From Stylophora pistillata (Eukaryota), in contig NW_019218275.1 of assembly GCF_002571385.2 (NCBI RefSeq), forward strand, positions 26,586-90,585: a DNA stretch of 64,000 nt, in the 5' to 3' direction. Of the stretch, positions 11,783-25,593 are shown piece by piece (within the stretch, counting starts at the first letter, position 1; the number at the start of each line of letters is the position of its first letter). The notes beneath the pieces were generated by a model, which worked only from the letters and a program-made list of their open reading frames with translations, was not told where the DNA came from and did not search any database. The translations under genes were made by a program, and so were the position numbers.

Positions 11783-12470
11783 CCTCTGGACTCTCTTCTT
11801 CTTATCACAAAAATAAAACATAACTCAACGTCCACTATGTGATGAGAATGAATAAATTCTTACTCCCGAGCTTTTATCTCGATATAACATCAAATTCTCT
11901 TAGCAACTTGGAGGGGAAATGGACAGTAGGAATAGGGGACAATTACGCATCTAATACTACATTTTATTACAAACCTAAGCTCTTAACAAATACTTGAGAA
12001 CGAGCTGAACCGTGAGGGCGCACAAATCTTGAGGAGTTGGGCAGCGGTGTTCTGCCGATGGAATCACTGAACGTTTTATAATACGTTAACAAAACGATCA
12101 ATGAGAAGTTAGCCCAACGACCGAAGACGTTACTAAACTGGTCGTTAGCGAAACGACTCGTGTGCGAAATCACCGATTATCCTTCACAGAAGTTGTTTGC
12201 TGTAAATAAGAGTATCGATGTCATTTGATTTCGTCACTTACGTGTCCTTAAATTGACAAGTTATTCATTCAGTCGTAAGTTATACTTGTATTATACAAGG
12301 TTAAGCTAGATTAAATCTTGTAAACTCTATATTTATCTGCCCAGCGCAGCGTTGACTCACGTTCGCTTGGGTTTTTATTCTCGGATTCATAATGGCTTCT
12401 CCCCTCTGTAAGTCGGTGCAATGTTGATTCGTAATAAACCCATATATTCAAATTCATTGATTCATAATAA

Positions 12471-12625
12471 TCAGCTCGCAGTTGACTTGTTAGCTCAGTT
12501 GGTCGAGTACTGCACCAGTATCGCAGAGGTCATGGGTTCAAATCCCTTACGGGCCTGAATTTTTTTCAGGCCTTAATTCCACTACTACATAAGTGTGTTC
12601 ATTACTGCGAGGATTGCTTTCATAC
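12471..12625 (+). mobile_element. tRNA-derived SINE-like repeat
   Basis: A box TAGCTCAGTTGG (12491), B box GGTTCAAATCC (12535), followed by GGCCTGAA-TTTTT-TTCAGGCC hairpin; a 3' fragment of the same element recurs at 40654-40720. Confidence 0.75.
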
Positions 12626-14041
12626 GTTCCTTCTGAGATTTTCAGTTCTCGCTTGTTTTATAATATTTTGAACACTGATCAACTACGCGATCTGCCGCAG
12701 GCTAGAACAACTTTGCTGCCAAGCTCATCTACTTTCCGCTTGTTAAGCTTAGATGATTTTCCCTTTTGCTGAGCTTACAACTTTTCGCGTCTATTTTCCG
12801 GGCAAATCGGCAGGTGTATTTCTGCATTCACGGTTCCAATGTTCTGCACAAATATTATCAGAATACTAGTTTACAACAGAAATCCGAAGAATTCTGGTGT
12901 AAGAAGCGTGTATTTCAGGGTCCCGCGGCAAACCATAATACTTGAACGGTTGTCCGTTTGCTATGCTCGTTCTGAAAGCTATTTTCACGGAAGGCTGAGT
13001 AGCAAAACTACTTGACTATGGTGATCCTAGCTTTTCAACACCACTTTGTTTACGTGCCCGCCATGTTTGTTGAGCTGCCCCTACAAGGCTCTGAACTAGA
13101 ACCAAGACCTCCCAGTGTGAACGTTCCTAATGGGGAGAGGGTACTTAATTTGAAATGTTTGTCACAGTTCCCTCTTGCTCGAAAAGAAGGGAAGATGAGA
13201 GACCCTGGAACGAAGTCGGAGAAAACTAGCTCGTTAGCGGGCTCTTACTATAAGCGCTTTGGCACGAGTGTTTCTTCGCTTGGGGGAAAATATGTATAAG
13301 GCCTTGAGCAAAGTGAGCCGAATAAAGGTCTGCAAGAGGATTAACACTGATAATGCCAGGCCCCAGGTAATTGTTTCCCCGACTCGTCTCTAATCTTCCC
13401 ACGGGCGGAGAAACAAGCTTCCAGCTAATGACAGCTTGGTCGCTGGACCGAAATCAAGCTTCACTAAGAGCCTAAACCGAAGAAGCTCATAGTATTTGAG
13501 CAACGTTCACCTAAACGACGAACTGAGAATCTTATTCACTTACCTTAACATTCTTGTTAGTTAACATTTATTAAGACTGTCTGAAATTTATTACGAATTG
13601 AAATAAAAAATAGCCGTTTCTGTTGTTTCATTGACGTAAAACTAAAATAGGTGAAGGATTATTAATTAAAATTAAACAAAATTGTATTTACAACATGAAA
13701 ACGAATTATTTTATTGAGTAAACTCAAAACAAAGTCTAGACTTTTATGGCTTGAATGATTACATTTTGTGGAAAGCGAGGCACAAAAAAATATCTTTTAA
13801 GTTTCCTGTTTTGTTCATAAATCACGGATTTAAATTTTGTTTTGTTCAGTTGAAACAAAAAAAAAAAAACAGCTGCCTTTGTTAGGGAGGGTTTTGAAGT
13901 ACCATTCAAACACATTATGATTGTTTCGGTGTATTTATGTGCCCATTAACTTTGACTTTAATTGCATTTGCCGGAACGAAAATTATATCATTGATGCATC
14001 ATAAACAAAACTCTTATTTGAAACTTCTCCCATTAAAGAAA

Positions 14042-17000
14042 ATGTCTTTGTCAACGGTAACTACCGTGCAGATAACAAAGTTAAATGAAAGTCGCTTTAG
14101 AGAAGAGGCTGTCGATATATTTAGAGTTAAAAAAGCAGCCAAACGCTCTTTTTTGTGTAAGGATCGCCGTGAGTTTGGTTCGCTGCAGTTTACGATAGGA
14201 AATCTGCAAAAAACCAGCGAGAACAACATCAAAGAATATGAAGATAACAAGCGTAATCTACAGTGGTTTTTGTACAATCTTCAGCTACAGAGAACAGGTA
14301 AAATTTACCGCCAGAGTAAATCGCGTACTCAAATTAGATCATTCACGAGTTACTCTGAGCATTTAATTATATTCGAAGGTACTTTTTGGGAACACCACTT
14401 GTGAATTAAACTAGCCTTTAAGTGTCTTTTGCGTCGCTTCCCAGCCTTAATTCTAGATTGCCCTAAAACTCATCCCAAAAAACACCACTTAATTTTGATT
14501 CGTAAAGCACCTTTACCAAAATAGTTAATCCTTTATAACAATTTGCATAACTAAATTAATCACTTATATTCAATCAAAAACATGGTTTCATTAACAAGGG
14601 TTTTCACAGTGAAAACGGAACGGTTTAAAGCCCCTTTTCCAATGTTCCGGTCTCCCGTGTGATTGTCACCAAATGCTGCAGGGAGGGGGGTGTACTACTG
14701 TAGTGCGACTTAATTTAGTTACTTATTCCCACCGATTAACTACAACAGAACAGCCGTTTGATGAGTTTTTGCACTAAGATTGCCGCTTTTATAGAAGATC
14801 ACGCAATGGTAGCCACTCATTTTAAAGTAATTTCGAGACTTTAAGACTCCGGTTTTAAGTTTCCCTATTAAAAAGCTTAGGTTTTTCCTACCAAAAAATA
14901 CACGTTGTTGAAGGTATCCACCAAGCCTGAGTTTTAGGTGAAGATAAAAATCGATTAGTTATGCAAAGTTGTTCAAAGTTTGCCCTGAACTCTCTCCAAC
15001 CCTCCCCATGCGACAAGACTCCGTATGGAAGCGGTTAAACTAATGCTTTAGGATGATGAAATATTTTTTTAAGTGCCATACAGTCATTCCTTCGTTTTCA
15101 TTGCACATCTTAGCTGTACAGCTTTTTGACGCTTTACTAACGCGGGCACATTTTGATCAAAAGACGGATTCGGACAATGCGTGTGGTTACAAGCTTGAGA
15201 TTTGATCCAGATCATGGAATCATTCTGATCCTGCAGGAAACTGCAATTCTGAATTTGTCATACGCGGTTGAAAGCATAAGATTTTCAAATCATTTTCAGA
15301 TCATCAGATCACCCTGGACATAATCTTTTAATCATCATCACAAAATGGAAACTTTTTTCTTTGTGATCGCCTTGAATTGTCACCTTCCGCAGAACGAATA
15401 GAAAGCAGTGTACGGTTTATTGAAGACTTTTGAAGTTAGCAACAACCTTGCTTCTGTACACTGAATGTAAACAAACTGATTTACGATATCCCGGATTAGG
15501 GGTGATGACGTTATGAGAAACTCTCGCTTAAGAAAGGGCGATGGTGCGGGACAACTTTTAACACAGTCTAAAAATTCATGGCTGTTTCGCAAAGAATATT
15601 GCGAGAAGACATTTTGAGATTTTTCTCACTAAATGTCTTACTGATACACAACAAATAAGTCTCGACAGTTGTCAGTCTGCAATTACAAATTAGCCTTAAC
15701 TTAAACGTGATCAATGATGAAATTCAAATTGCAACTCAGGAAAGTTATTACTGCCATGCTATTGGTTCTGTTGAAGTAATTGGAACCACAACATTAGGCA
15801 AGATAAAAATTTTTAATGGCCTTTCTTTAAGAAAGCTTTTAAATTTTTTGGTCTCAGTAATACCGTATGAACATCTAAACAAGCAATTTACCTACTAATA
15901 ATTTTGAAAACACAAATGATTATGCACTCACCTTTGTGTCTCACCGATATCGCTATTAACAGATTAACACTAAAAACTTTTAAGTGTTATTTTTTGCGTT
16001 ACAAGCGGAATCTCATGGTTATTTAATCTGCGAGAATGGATTTTTTAAGGAGATGTGCGAAGCCTGGCGCGAAGCGTTTAACCATAAAAATAATTTGCGA
16101 GAGGCATAGTCGATATTTCCGACTGTTTCTGTTTCAGTCTGTAACTTTTTATACCTGTTTTTATTTTTAATCATTATTTTTATCTAAACTGCGTAAGTCA
16201 CTTTGACAAAAAAAATCTAATTTTTGTTAATAGTACCGTGTCTTCTAGCTTAGAAGGGAAATAACAAACTAATTGCTCGTATTATTATTAAGTCTATGAG
16301 GTGTAAAGAAAAACACATTCGCGGTACGATTTGCATCTGCGTAAGGGTTCGGGTGCTAATTTCAGTGTACGTATTTACGAAAAACCGGTGATTTGGCTCC
16401 CAGAGACGGCCAGACAAACAAACCCCTTCATTTTTTGTATAAAATAATGCTACTTAAGAAAAAGGATGCACATCTCTACAATTCACTGCGTGCTAAATTT
16501 ATGAAAGATTCACGCCTTGCATAATAGATATGCCGAGAGTAATCTTACAGGAAAACCATTCGCAAATGTATTTCGATGTGAAACACAGCAGTTTGCTCGT
16601 TTATACGGGTGCAAAATATTTAAAAACAGATCAAGACAGGCTGTCGAGGTCGCCCCTTTGTCAGGAATATGTTTTGGATGGCGCAAATCTTGCCAACTCA
16701 ACGAAAAGAGTGTGTTATCGGAGACTTCGTAAAGAAAGAGTTTCGTTGCTAAAGGAAACGAAGGTGTTGCAAGGAGAGGTGGAAGTAATTTTAAGAAGAC
16801 ATAGGGAAGAAAAAAGTAACTTGGAACAAATTGTACATCATTTGAATTTTCAAAAAGAAGGTGAGGACGTCCAAAAGGGTTTACTTTCAATTGAATATTC
16901 AAACGATCTAATGGCGACATGGAAGTAGCTTTTCGTGGAATAGTGATGCATTAGAAACAGAAAAAAATCAAAACGTCGTTAGCTCTTGTATAGGAGATGA

Positions 17001-19502
17001 TATCTTTTGCAAGTTTTCTGGCCAATGTTCGTAGTTTTCTTGTGGATTGAAAAATCGTTTGCGGTGTCTAAATGAGTATTGGCGTGGGCTCGCCAAACTC
17101 GGTTGGTTCGTAGGAAGAAAAGAATCAATGAGTTTGTAAAAGTAAAAATATGCTGTAAAAAACAAGACCTATACTCTATACTCGTTATCATCCCTAGTTG
17201 TGAAAAAATAACCGCCTTTACTTATCAACCTCTCACAGGTGCGACACCTCTTGGAAGTGTTATAAGTGGCAATGCGAGTGGTCTCGTGTCTCTACGCGGG
17301 ATGCAGGCGCAAAGTGATTGTCGGCTCATCAAGAGTATTCGCCGGCCTCTGGCACCGGAAGCTACGCGAGATCACGGAAACAGGCTGATAAATTTCCAGT
17401 CTGATCTCACCTCCAAGGAGGGCTCCATTATTCCACGGGCTATAGAACGCGAAATTCTGAGAAGGCGAAATAAGCGCTTGAATGCTATAAGACAAGAGCA
17501 ATTAGAAGGTGTAAAACAAAGAGAAAGGCAACTGGCAGACACCGTGGGCGTGTACACAAGGATAAACATGACCAAGGGAAGTTTGAACTACAAAGGAAAG
17601 CCGAAATACAGGTACAGGAAGTCTGAACAAAGATTCCGTGCTGTCGGTGGATAAAAAGCACACAGTGGTGACAAACACGACAAAGACTCGCACATCGCAA
17701 AAAATTTGATATCGTGTGCTGATATTATGCGTAAACTTACTTGAAAAACAAACAAATACATCGTATTATCTTCATTTAGACATTCATAGCCTGGTGATGG
17801 CAGGTCTATGAGCTGAGATACTCCCAGTTGTAATATTCCTACGCCCAAATCGTACAGAGAACTTATCTTTTTTCTTTGCCGTGTTAGGCTAGGTTCTCAA
17901 AGAATTGTGCGGACACCATTTGGCAAAGTTTGATGATAGAAAAAACATCCAGCTCAGGTTGTATCCCGAGCTGATCTAAATTAAAACTGAATTTCATTGT
18001 TTATTGAAAGACAGGGGAATAGGGTTAGAAGGGTCTGGTACACAATCTCACCCAAACTTACTTTGAGTAACACCCCGGATACATGGTAGACTACGAGGAC
18101 AACAATCAGTCACTGCTTTTCGGCGAAGTCCGTCGCGTGAGTCATAAAAAATCAGTGCAACGAAAAAACGATTGGAATTGGAGCCTACGAAAAGTAGGTG
18201 GAGTTACACGTGGCGCGCCAACAGGATTTTTTTTGCCTCTGATTTTCTTTGACTAGCGCCACAGAATAGAAAAGGAAAAAGGAGGAGCTACTTGTAGTCT
18301 AGATGCATGGCTGAAAATCAATCATGCACGTTTAAAAGTTAACGTCGCTCAATACTTCTCTCCCCCTTTCTTTTTTTCTATTCATTTGCAGGAAAGATAA
18401 AAGAAGGACAAGCGACTCTCGTGCAACCTTACCAACTTCAGTCAAATGTCACTACGATTTACCATTAATAGAACTCGACCAGACAGTCAGCTTGTGTTCT
18501 AAGGAATCTATTGAAAAGAAAAAGTTCCATAGCAAGTATGAAGAACTTCTACCAGATGCGGAAAGGATGGAACTTATCTTTCCTGTACAAGATAGTCCAA
18601 AAGATAAAATCTGCAGTTTGGTTTCAAAACAAACAAGAAAAGAATTCAAACGAAAGAAAGAAATAATTCGAGGGAAGAACATGGCCGCTAACCTTCAAAA
18701 AGATGATCATAAAAGCATTCAACAGGAAAGCTTTTCTAAGGACACTGAAAGATGTAAGCAACCCGGAGACCATATGGTTTTTCTACGTAAAGATCAAAGT
18801 GAAAATCAAAAAGACATTTTTGATGAAGAGATTCCCGTCGATTCTGTCGCGGTCGAAGAAACTTCTTCAGCCCTGCATAATACCAAGACGAAAAGAGATC
18901 CTCAGAGAAAGGTAGACCTGATTTCCGAAGAAAGAGAAGGAATAATCTCGAAGAAAAATAACAGCACAAAGATGGTTCGCACCGTCAGCAACAAAATCAT
19001 TCCCCTTCTGAAATTTCAACGGCAAAGGAAGCCAGCAATTAGTAAGGATCAACATGATTTCTACATCGAGAGTGTCATGAAAGAGAATAACGTTATTAAA
19101 AAACAAGCAATCACCGAGTTAAGCGAAGTGCCACATGAAGGTGATGGGGACAAATCCCATATTCCTTTAAGCACTAAGAAGCTACAACAACTTATCCGTG
19201 AAAAAGTGCTCAGCCAATCACAGAAGAGCGACGAGAGAGCCAATAAGAAAACAGCATTGCTCACCGACTACGTCCGCACTCTACAAAAGCACATGGGGAT
19301 TAAAGACTCAGAACCGGAAATTGCCAGCAACTCGCCTGACTTTAGTGCAACACCATTCATAGCTGCAGGAAAAACTGGAAGTGATGACAAACAAGGTGAA
19401 AAACCAAGTCTCTTAGAAAAAAGGTTGAAAATGTTGCAAAAGCAAATAATAAGACTACCTACTACATTCACATTGATAGATGGAGACTTGATAGCTGACT
19501 AA
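14042..19502 (+). CDS. Uncharacterised multi-exon protein (predicted 690 aa) with two paralogous helical/coiled-coil modules and a charged low-complexity C-terminus
   Basis: Exons 14042-14297 (phase-1 donor ag|gtaaaa), 16528-16860 (tag| acceptor, ag|gtgagg), 17239-17611 (cag|, ag|gtacag), 18392-19502 (strong polypyrimidine ttgcag|); total 2073 nt, in frame with no internal stop. An alternative start at ATG 16530 gives a 604-aa 3-exon model. No family recognised. Confidence 0.65.
18087..18301. mobile_element. Small MITE in intron
   Basis: Terminal inverted repeats TAGACTACGAG / CTTGTAGTCTA. Confidence 0.55.
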
Positions 19503-22500
19503 GAAGACAGGAAGTCCAAATCTCTCTTGTCTCAAGTGTCAAATGTCTCTGGTCTCCTCGCCCCACTTTACACAAGGGTCGCCGAGGGAATTGGGCGAGG
19601 AGATAGCTGAAAAAACTAAAATCTCCGTACTGTGGCAAAACGTTGTACCATAACTTGAAGAAAGTAGAAACAAAAGACTTAACTATTCAGTCATTAGCAC
19701 TGATAAGATAGAGATTTTACGCTGATATCTATTAAAGCTTGTCTTATCATATAAATGTTACACCGTGAGTTTCGATTTACAAGGCGATAGAGTAGAAAAA
19801 ATGTCTTAGAACTCTCTCTTGGGATCAACGATAGATTTGAAGCCACATTTATTTTATGAAGAAAAGCTACCTTTCACAATAAGTTCGAACGCTTCTACGT
19901 TGCTGCTCTTGTATATGGCTGAAACACAAAAAGCAAAACTGAAGTTTAATTGTTGTGAATCATCTGTGAAACATCAAGCTCAGCATCATCCTCAGCTCTG
20001 TGACGAAATACTCGGTAAAAAAGATAGAAGTTTGCTCAGTTGTCTCCCGTTCTTTAAAAAAAAGGTAATGTATCACACTGTTGGTAGGAATTGAAACAGT
20101 GACTGAGAAACATCGGCTGCTTGGTGATATAAGCCCAGAGTCTCCAGGTTGAAATTTCGTGTTTTATGATGATGAACATCAATGTACTGCGGGCAGCCGT
20201 CGATGAAGATTAAATCTTTAAGCATCTTTTCTAAGCGATTAGCCCAGATATAAAATTTGCCATCAATATTATGATTATTTTGCCTAGGTTGTTTATTTGA
20301 AATCTTACCGATTTAAAAATAAAATGTTATTTCAGTTTTCTCGTTGCTTGGAGGCACTTAGCAGGGGTTTATAATCATGAATAGTTGACATGGAAGATGT
20401 TTACGACCTGTTAGAATGTTCCAGATGAAAGGTTTACGTGATCAGTGACCTAGTATGATAACAATCCAAGAAAGCGCAGTAGGTTCTCAGATCAAGAATA
20501 ACTTCTAGAAGAAAGGTCTTAAAACCGATTTAACGGGTACGAATTTTAGAGGTCAGATCGGAAAATGACATTTTTTATTATTTTGTTGTTATCGAAACTA
20601 GGGACCTCTACAATCCTCCTATTCCAAGAGATGCATGGAAAAATCGTGCAAGGCAGAATAGCCAATTAAATGCCTAATTATTCATCTGCACGCGTGCCTC
20701 TAATATTTCATTAAGGTTATCAGGTCTGTTGATACCACAGCAGCCATAAACATCATTACGACACGCTGGCTCGCTCGGGAGGGGAAACGACGCCCCGTGG
20801 CGCATAACTCCTTGATTGTCGACGTAAATTGAATATCCTTCAAAAGCATTATTTCAGTCTAGAAAAACAAGTTTATGATATTCACTCCAAAGAACTCTTA
20901 ACTCTGCCCCTGAACTTTTATGTTAGCGGCACTCCAAGCAAGAAAGCACGGAAACTCCATTTTTTTTTTTTTTTTTGGTAATGATCTCTTTTATACACTG
21001 TTATACATTGTTTTCCTGTCTGTGGTACTCGAAGTTAGCAGAGGTGCCGCAAAAATATAAAGAATTATTTCAAGTGGAAGAGCTTCGCCGTCAAAATCCT
21101 TGATTTGATATATATATTGTTTCTATGATGATATTACTTGCAAATTTCAAACGCTTTGTGAGTGCATGTTTTTCTTTTGTTGTATCAGCATAACCGTAAG
21201 CCTTTGACTCCTAGAAAGAAGAATTTGCAGGTTGCTTAAGATTAAGATATAACTGGACGACAAAGGTTTTTCCATTCCAGTCTCCTTTCCACACCGTGAT
21301 ACCCATATATTTGATGCAAAAATAGGGTAAAAAACACTGAACCTTCCATGATTTCCTGTGTGGCACTGCAAAAATATTTATCATATGTTTTTGTCCAAGG
21401 AAAAAACCGAATTAGTCGCCAGGTGGATATGATTTACTTCCTCCTAAAGGTGCAACATTTAGATATGATTTCCTACTTAACATGAGGAAGCCTTAAGAGA
21501 CTAAGAGAACTGTTTTAAAAAGATTCATTTGCTATATTGGCCCGAAAGTGGCTTTCGCTGACGTTGTGGCAAGATACAAAACGGCTCTTCTCTCGCTTCT
21601 TCGCCACTCTTGACCCACCGCTAATAAGAATCTGTCGCTGACAATTTGTTGTAGACATCCAATAGCCGTTTTAGACTCCAGAATATTGCAAATTTACCAT
21701 TGCGCCCATCATTAAATATTCAGTCTCTCTAAGATCCAAGCGGGGCTCCCAGTGCTAAATGCTTTCTAATTAAACCTCGGCGTCTGCTCATTTTCGATAT
21801 CGGTCAATAAAACCGCAGTCCATAATGGTGGCATTGATTACCAATTCATCGGAAGAAAAATACTTGATGAATTCTCCAAAAAGACGCCAAAATTCAAATC
21901 GATATATTTTATATTTTATATTCAAAAATTTATATTTTATATTTTATATTCAAAAATAAAGGCTTTCTTCACATCGGACGAATTCTATTTGACAGGGGTT
22001 ATTTTTAAAATGCACACCCAACCCTACAAACATCTGTAATTAAAAACTAAAATGATCTCGACAGCTGTGCTAGCTTGCCTTGTTATCTGAGCACAATGTG
22101 GTTTGCAAAAACTGAAGACTGTTGGGATGAGTGAGACGTCATCTTCGATTCCGACCCACTCTGGTTGACCTTGCTTATAGAAAGACACGATTTTGGGGCG
22201 CTGGTGAGAATTTCACTTTCCGTTGACGATTTGGATACCGCTATATTGGTAAACGGCGAACTGGCAGTCAAAATGAAAAGTACAAAGATGTTCCATTATT
22301 TATATCCTGAAAAATATAATATGAGTTTTTTTATTACAATTTCTGTATTATTTTCTTTTGCACAAAAAGAGTACAATATCCTTCCTCCTATTTTAACGTC
22401 CATACAATATCGTTTCTTGTCAAGGATCAGGACGGGTGTCGCTTAAAATATTTATGCTATTTTCCAGCTGGGTAAAAAACTGCCATTTTCCAGCTGTGTA

Positions 22501-25500
22501 AAAAAATTGAGTCTGCTTCTATGGTATGATTCGTCCTCATCATTTTGGATCGTTTGTCTTCTGTTCTTGATTTTGTCCACGTTTTTATCAACAATCTCAG
22601 TTCAAAACAGCTTATATTCGACTAAGTTAGCATGGCACTTGAGGAGATAAACATACCCTTTCGTGATATTGTTATGTTTACTCGCCACCTTAAAATAGCT
22701 GGGACATAACCATGCACTGACTCGAGTTCTCCGCGCGTGGGCTATAAACTAGATAAAAAGAAGTTTGAAATTCCTTTCAAGATGCAGTCCAAAGGTGATC
22801 CAACAACAACAGAAAAATGCAGTTGTATTGTGTCTTTTCGAGTCAAATACCATTGAATGTGCCGAAAAAATACATTTCCGGAATTCTTGACCTTGAATTA
22901 GTGTTACTTTGCGAAAGGAGCTATATCACGAAATATTTTCAAAGCCTATGACATAATCATCGATTAAAAAAGAAAAAGGAAAGTTCACTATGGTAGACCA
23001 AAAAGATAGGACCAAATCGAAAATTTAGATTAACAGGAATGGCTGCAGATGGTCAAGATAAACACACTCCCTATATGCAGAATTTTTTTTGGCGCTTTCA
23101 AAATTAATAAACAAATTAAAGAAATCAATTGAGAAATTGCTTTCTCGATTCATTATCTTTAGTTTTATTGAATCCCTATTTGAAGGCGATATTGCTAAGT
23201 CAGTTAAGGGAATAGAAGGCTATAATCACGCACACAAAGAATCCCGGGCGCAATGAAATTCGTTCGAATCAATTACTGGTTGACGACTGTCGCTAATTAC
23301 TGCTGCTCTGCTGTGAGATAAATTCCTTATCAGATGCCTGGCGTCTTCATTTCATTCTATCGAGTTAAGGAGCACGGAAACCCAAAGTGTAAAGTTAAAC
23401 GATATGCCTACGTCACTATTCTAATGGTGGATTAAAAACCTCTTATCATGGCCTAAATTTAACTGTTGTGTTAATGGCATTAGATTTAGGCACGGCATGT
23501 TCAACTGAGAAGTCACAGCTGTGATAACTTCCATTTTCTCTCCGGATAAGTGGTGGAAACCCACTCAAATTTATGGTAAAACACTCCCAATAAACGCTTT
23601 TCTTTCAGAACGGCCGTGGAGATTCAAGACCACTTTTAACTGTCTTTCAGCGTGAAAATATTGGGAGGAGGGATATTTTCTGGTCCTTTCTTAATGGGAT
23701 TAGAGGGAAAGTAAGCGAAATCAAAGATGTAATTTTAGAATTTGCGTGTATTGTAGTGCTAAATCTATCTTTTACATTTTTACATGCAAAACTTAGCGTC
23801 TCTCGTAGTCTGGTAACTCTTAGCCCCTTTCTTCCGGCCCTCTACGGTCAGCAGCTTCAGGAAGAAACTCGTGATCGTGTGGTAACACTACACTGCTTGA
23901 TGCGGATAAGACACGATGGTTGAAATTTTCATTTTTCCTTTTATTCTAATTCTCGAGTACTTAAAGACCTTCTAGAATACGTATCCACAATTTTCTTGTT
24001 TCCGGTATTCAGTAACAATTTCTTCACCACAAAATTTGTTACTTTTAGTTCCATCTATTCAATTCAAGAAGTAAAGTTTCCAGAGGAGGATCTCGTTGTT
24101 TTCTTAGACACTTTCAGGGCAAATGATAAATTTAGCTAGTGTACAGAGTTTATATACAAGGATTAGTTCTCAACCTGGAGTATGCGCGCGCTCGTCTCGT
24201 ATCAGTAGACGCTTACATCTCAAGAAGCCTGCTTGTACTCGGCATTCTCGTTTCACGGGCCCTTACTGGATCCGTGCGAGGCATGCAGCCAACCCCAGCC
24301 CAGTAATTTCCGCCACAGTTACCACAGTTTGCTTGATGTTGGCCATGACTTTCATGAATCGACTCGAAACTGCTAATGGGAATACACAAAAGTAACGTCG
24401 TTCATTTGATTAATGTGACTCGTATAACATAGTTTCTAATTAAAAGAAGAATCTGCATTATGGTTTTCTGTTTTCTTCCTTCTTTGTTTTGCCATGTTTA
24501 ACCCATCTTCGATCGGAAGTTACCTTAGAAGGAAGGTCAAATAAGGAAGAAGTTATAATCAATTAAGTAGAAATAAGATTGGGTTAGGATGAGAACATTT
24601 TCAAGGGCGGTGATTTTAAGGTGTGCAAACGTCTGGTGCCGACCCACGTAAACCTAAAACAAAACAAACGGATCCTCACATCTCACTTAGCACCATCTGT
24701 CATGTTTATTTTAGGTCCATTAGACACAGGTACGGCGGTCTGCCGACTTCTGGAATTGTTTATTCAATGTGATGCTTCAAAGAGCTAACATTTTAAAAAA
24801 ATGTTAACTCTTCTAAAAGATCAAAGCACCGACATATCCTCCATAACCGTTTGGACCGTCAGTTCTTAAAAGACTTTGTCGCCTCTTAAGAGTTTTACCG
24901 CTCTCATGAATTTTTTTAGGGGGTGGTGCTTTCAACTCGCAGAGGTCAGGTCAAACAAATTAAACTTGTTTCGCTTTTTCACTGAGACAGAAAAACAGCT
25001 AATGAAAATTGGTTTCACTTTCTTGATCTTTGAGGAATTTTGATTTTTGGGAGCAGGTTGCGAAAGCCCCCAGGCGTGGTGGGTCTGTTGGTGGGAATGA
25101 AGATAATGATGATGGGGAGACAAGGAAAGAGGCGGACAGCGAAATGCCAACGGAAATAGAGTTTGTGGGGAAACTTCCCTGTCGCACAGCTAAACTTCAT
25201 TAATTTTTATTCAAAAATTTGATACTAAATCGGTTGAAGATTTTGAAAAAAAGATTGTGATAATTAAAAAATGAACACAATGAGTACTGTGAGAGATTGA
25301 AGGAAAAGCCAGAATCACACGTGCATCACGCAGAACATGCGCGCGTGCAGTCATATTCGACGTGGTAAATGCGTGCGCGGATGTGCGACAGGAGTGAATC
25401 ACGGGAAGTTTTCATACCCTGGAGGCCAGATTTCTTTGTGCATGCTAACACAGAAATTTATTCGTCGCTTGGGCTGACGACGCTTACGTTGACAAAAGTG

Positions 25501-25593
25501 TCCTTTCCTTTTCCAGAACAGTAATCATCGGATCAAAAATGGCTCTTTAGAAAAGGCTGTAGAGGTGGCACTAGCCGCGTCTGATTCGAGAAA

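Noticed and set aside
12485-12560. tRNA gene
   Set aside because: A/B boxes are present but there is no convincing acceptor stem, and the 3' body recurs elsewhere (40654-40720); treated as a SINE-like repeat.
15237-15620. Additional coding exon between the duplicated modules
   Set aside because: Candidate acceptors at about 15236 and 15392 lead to stops within about 11-14 codons in the required phase; kept only as an alternative short terminal exon.
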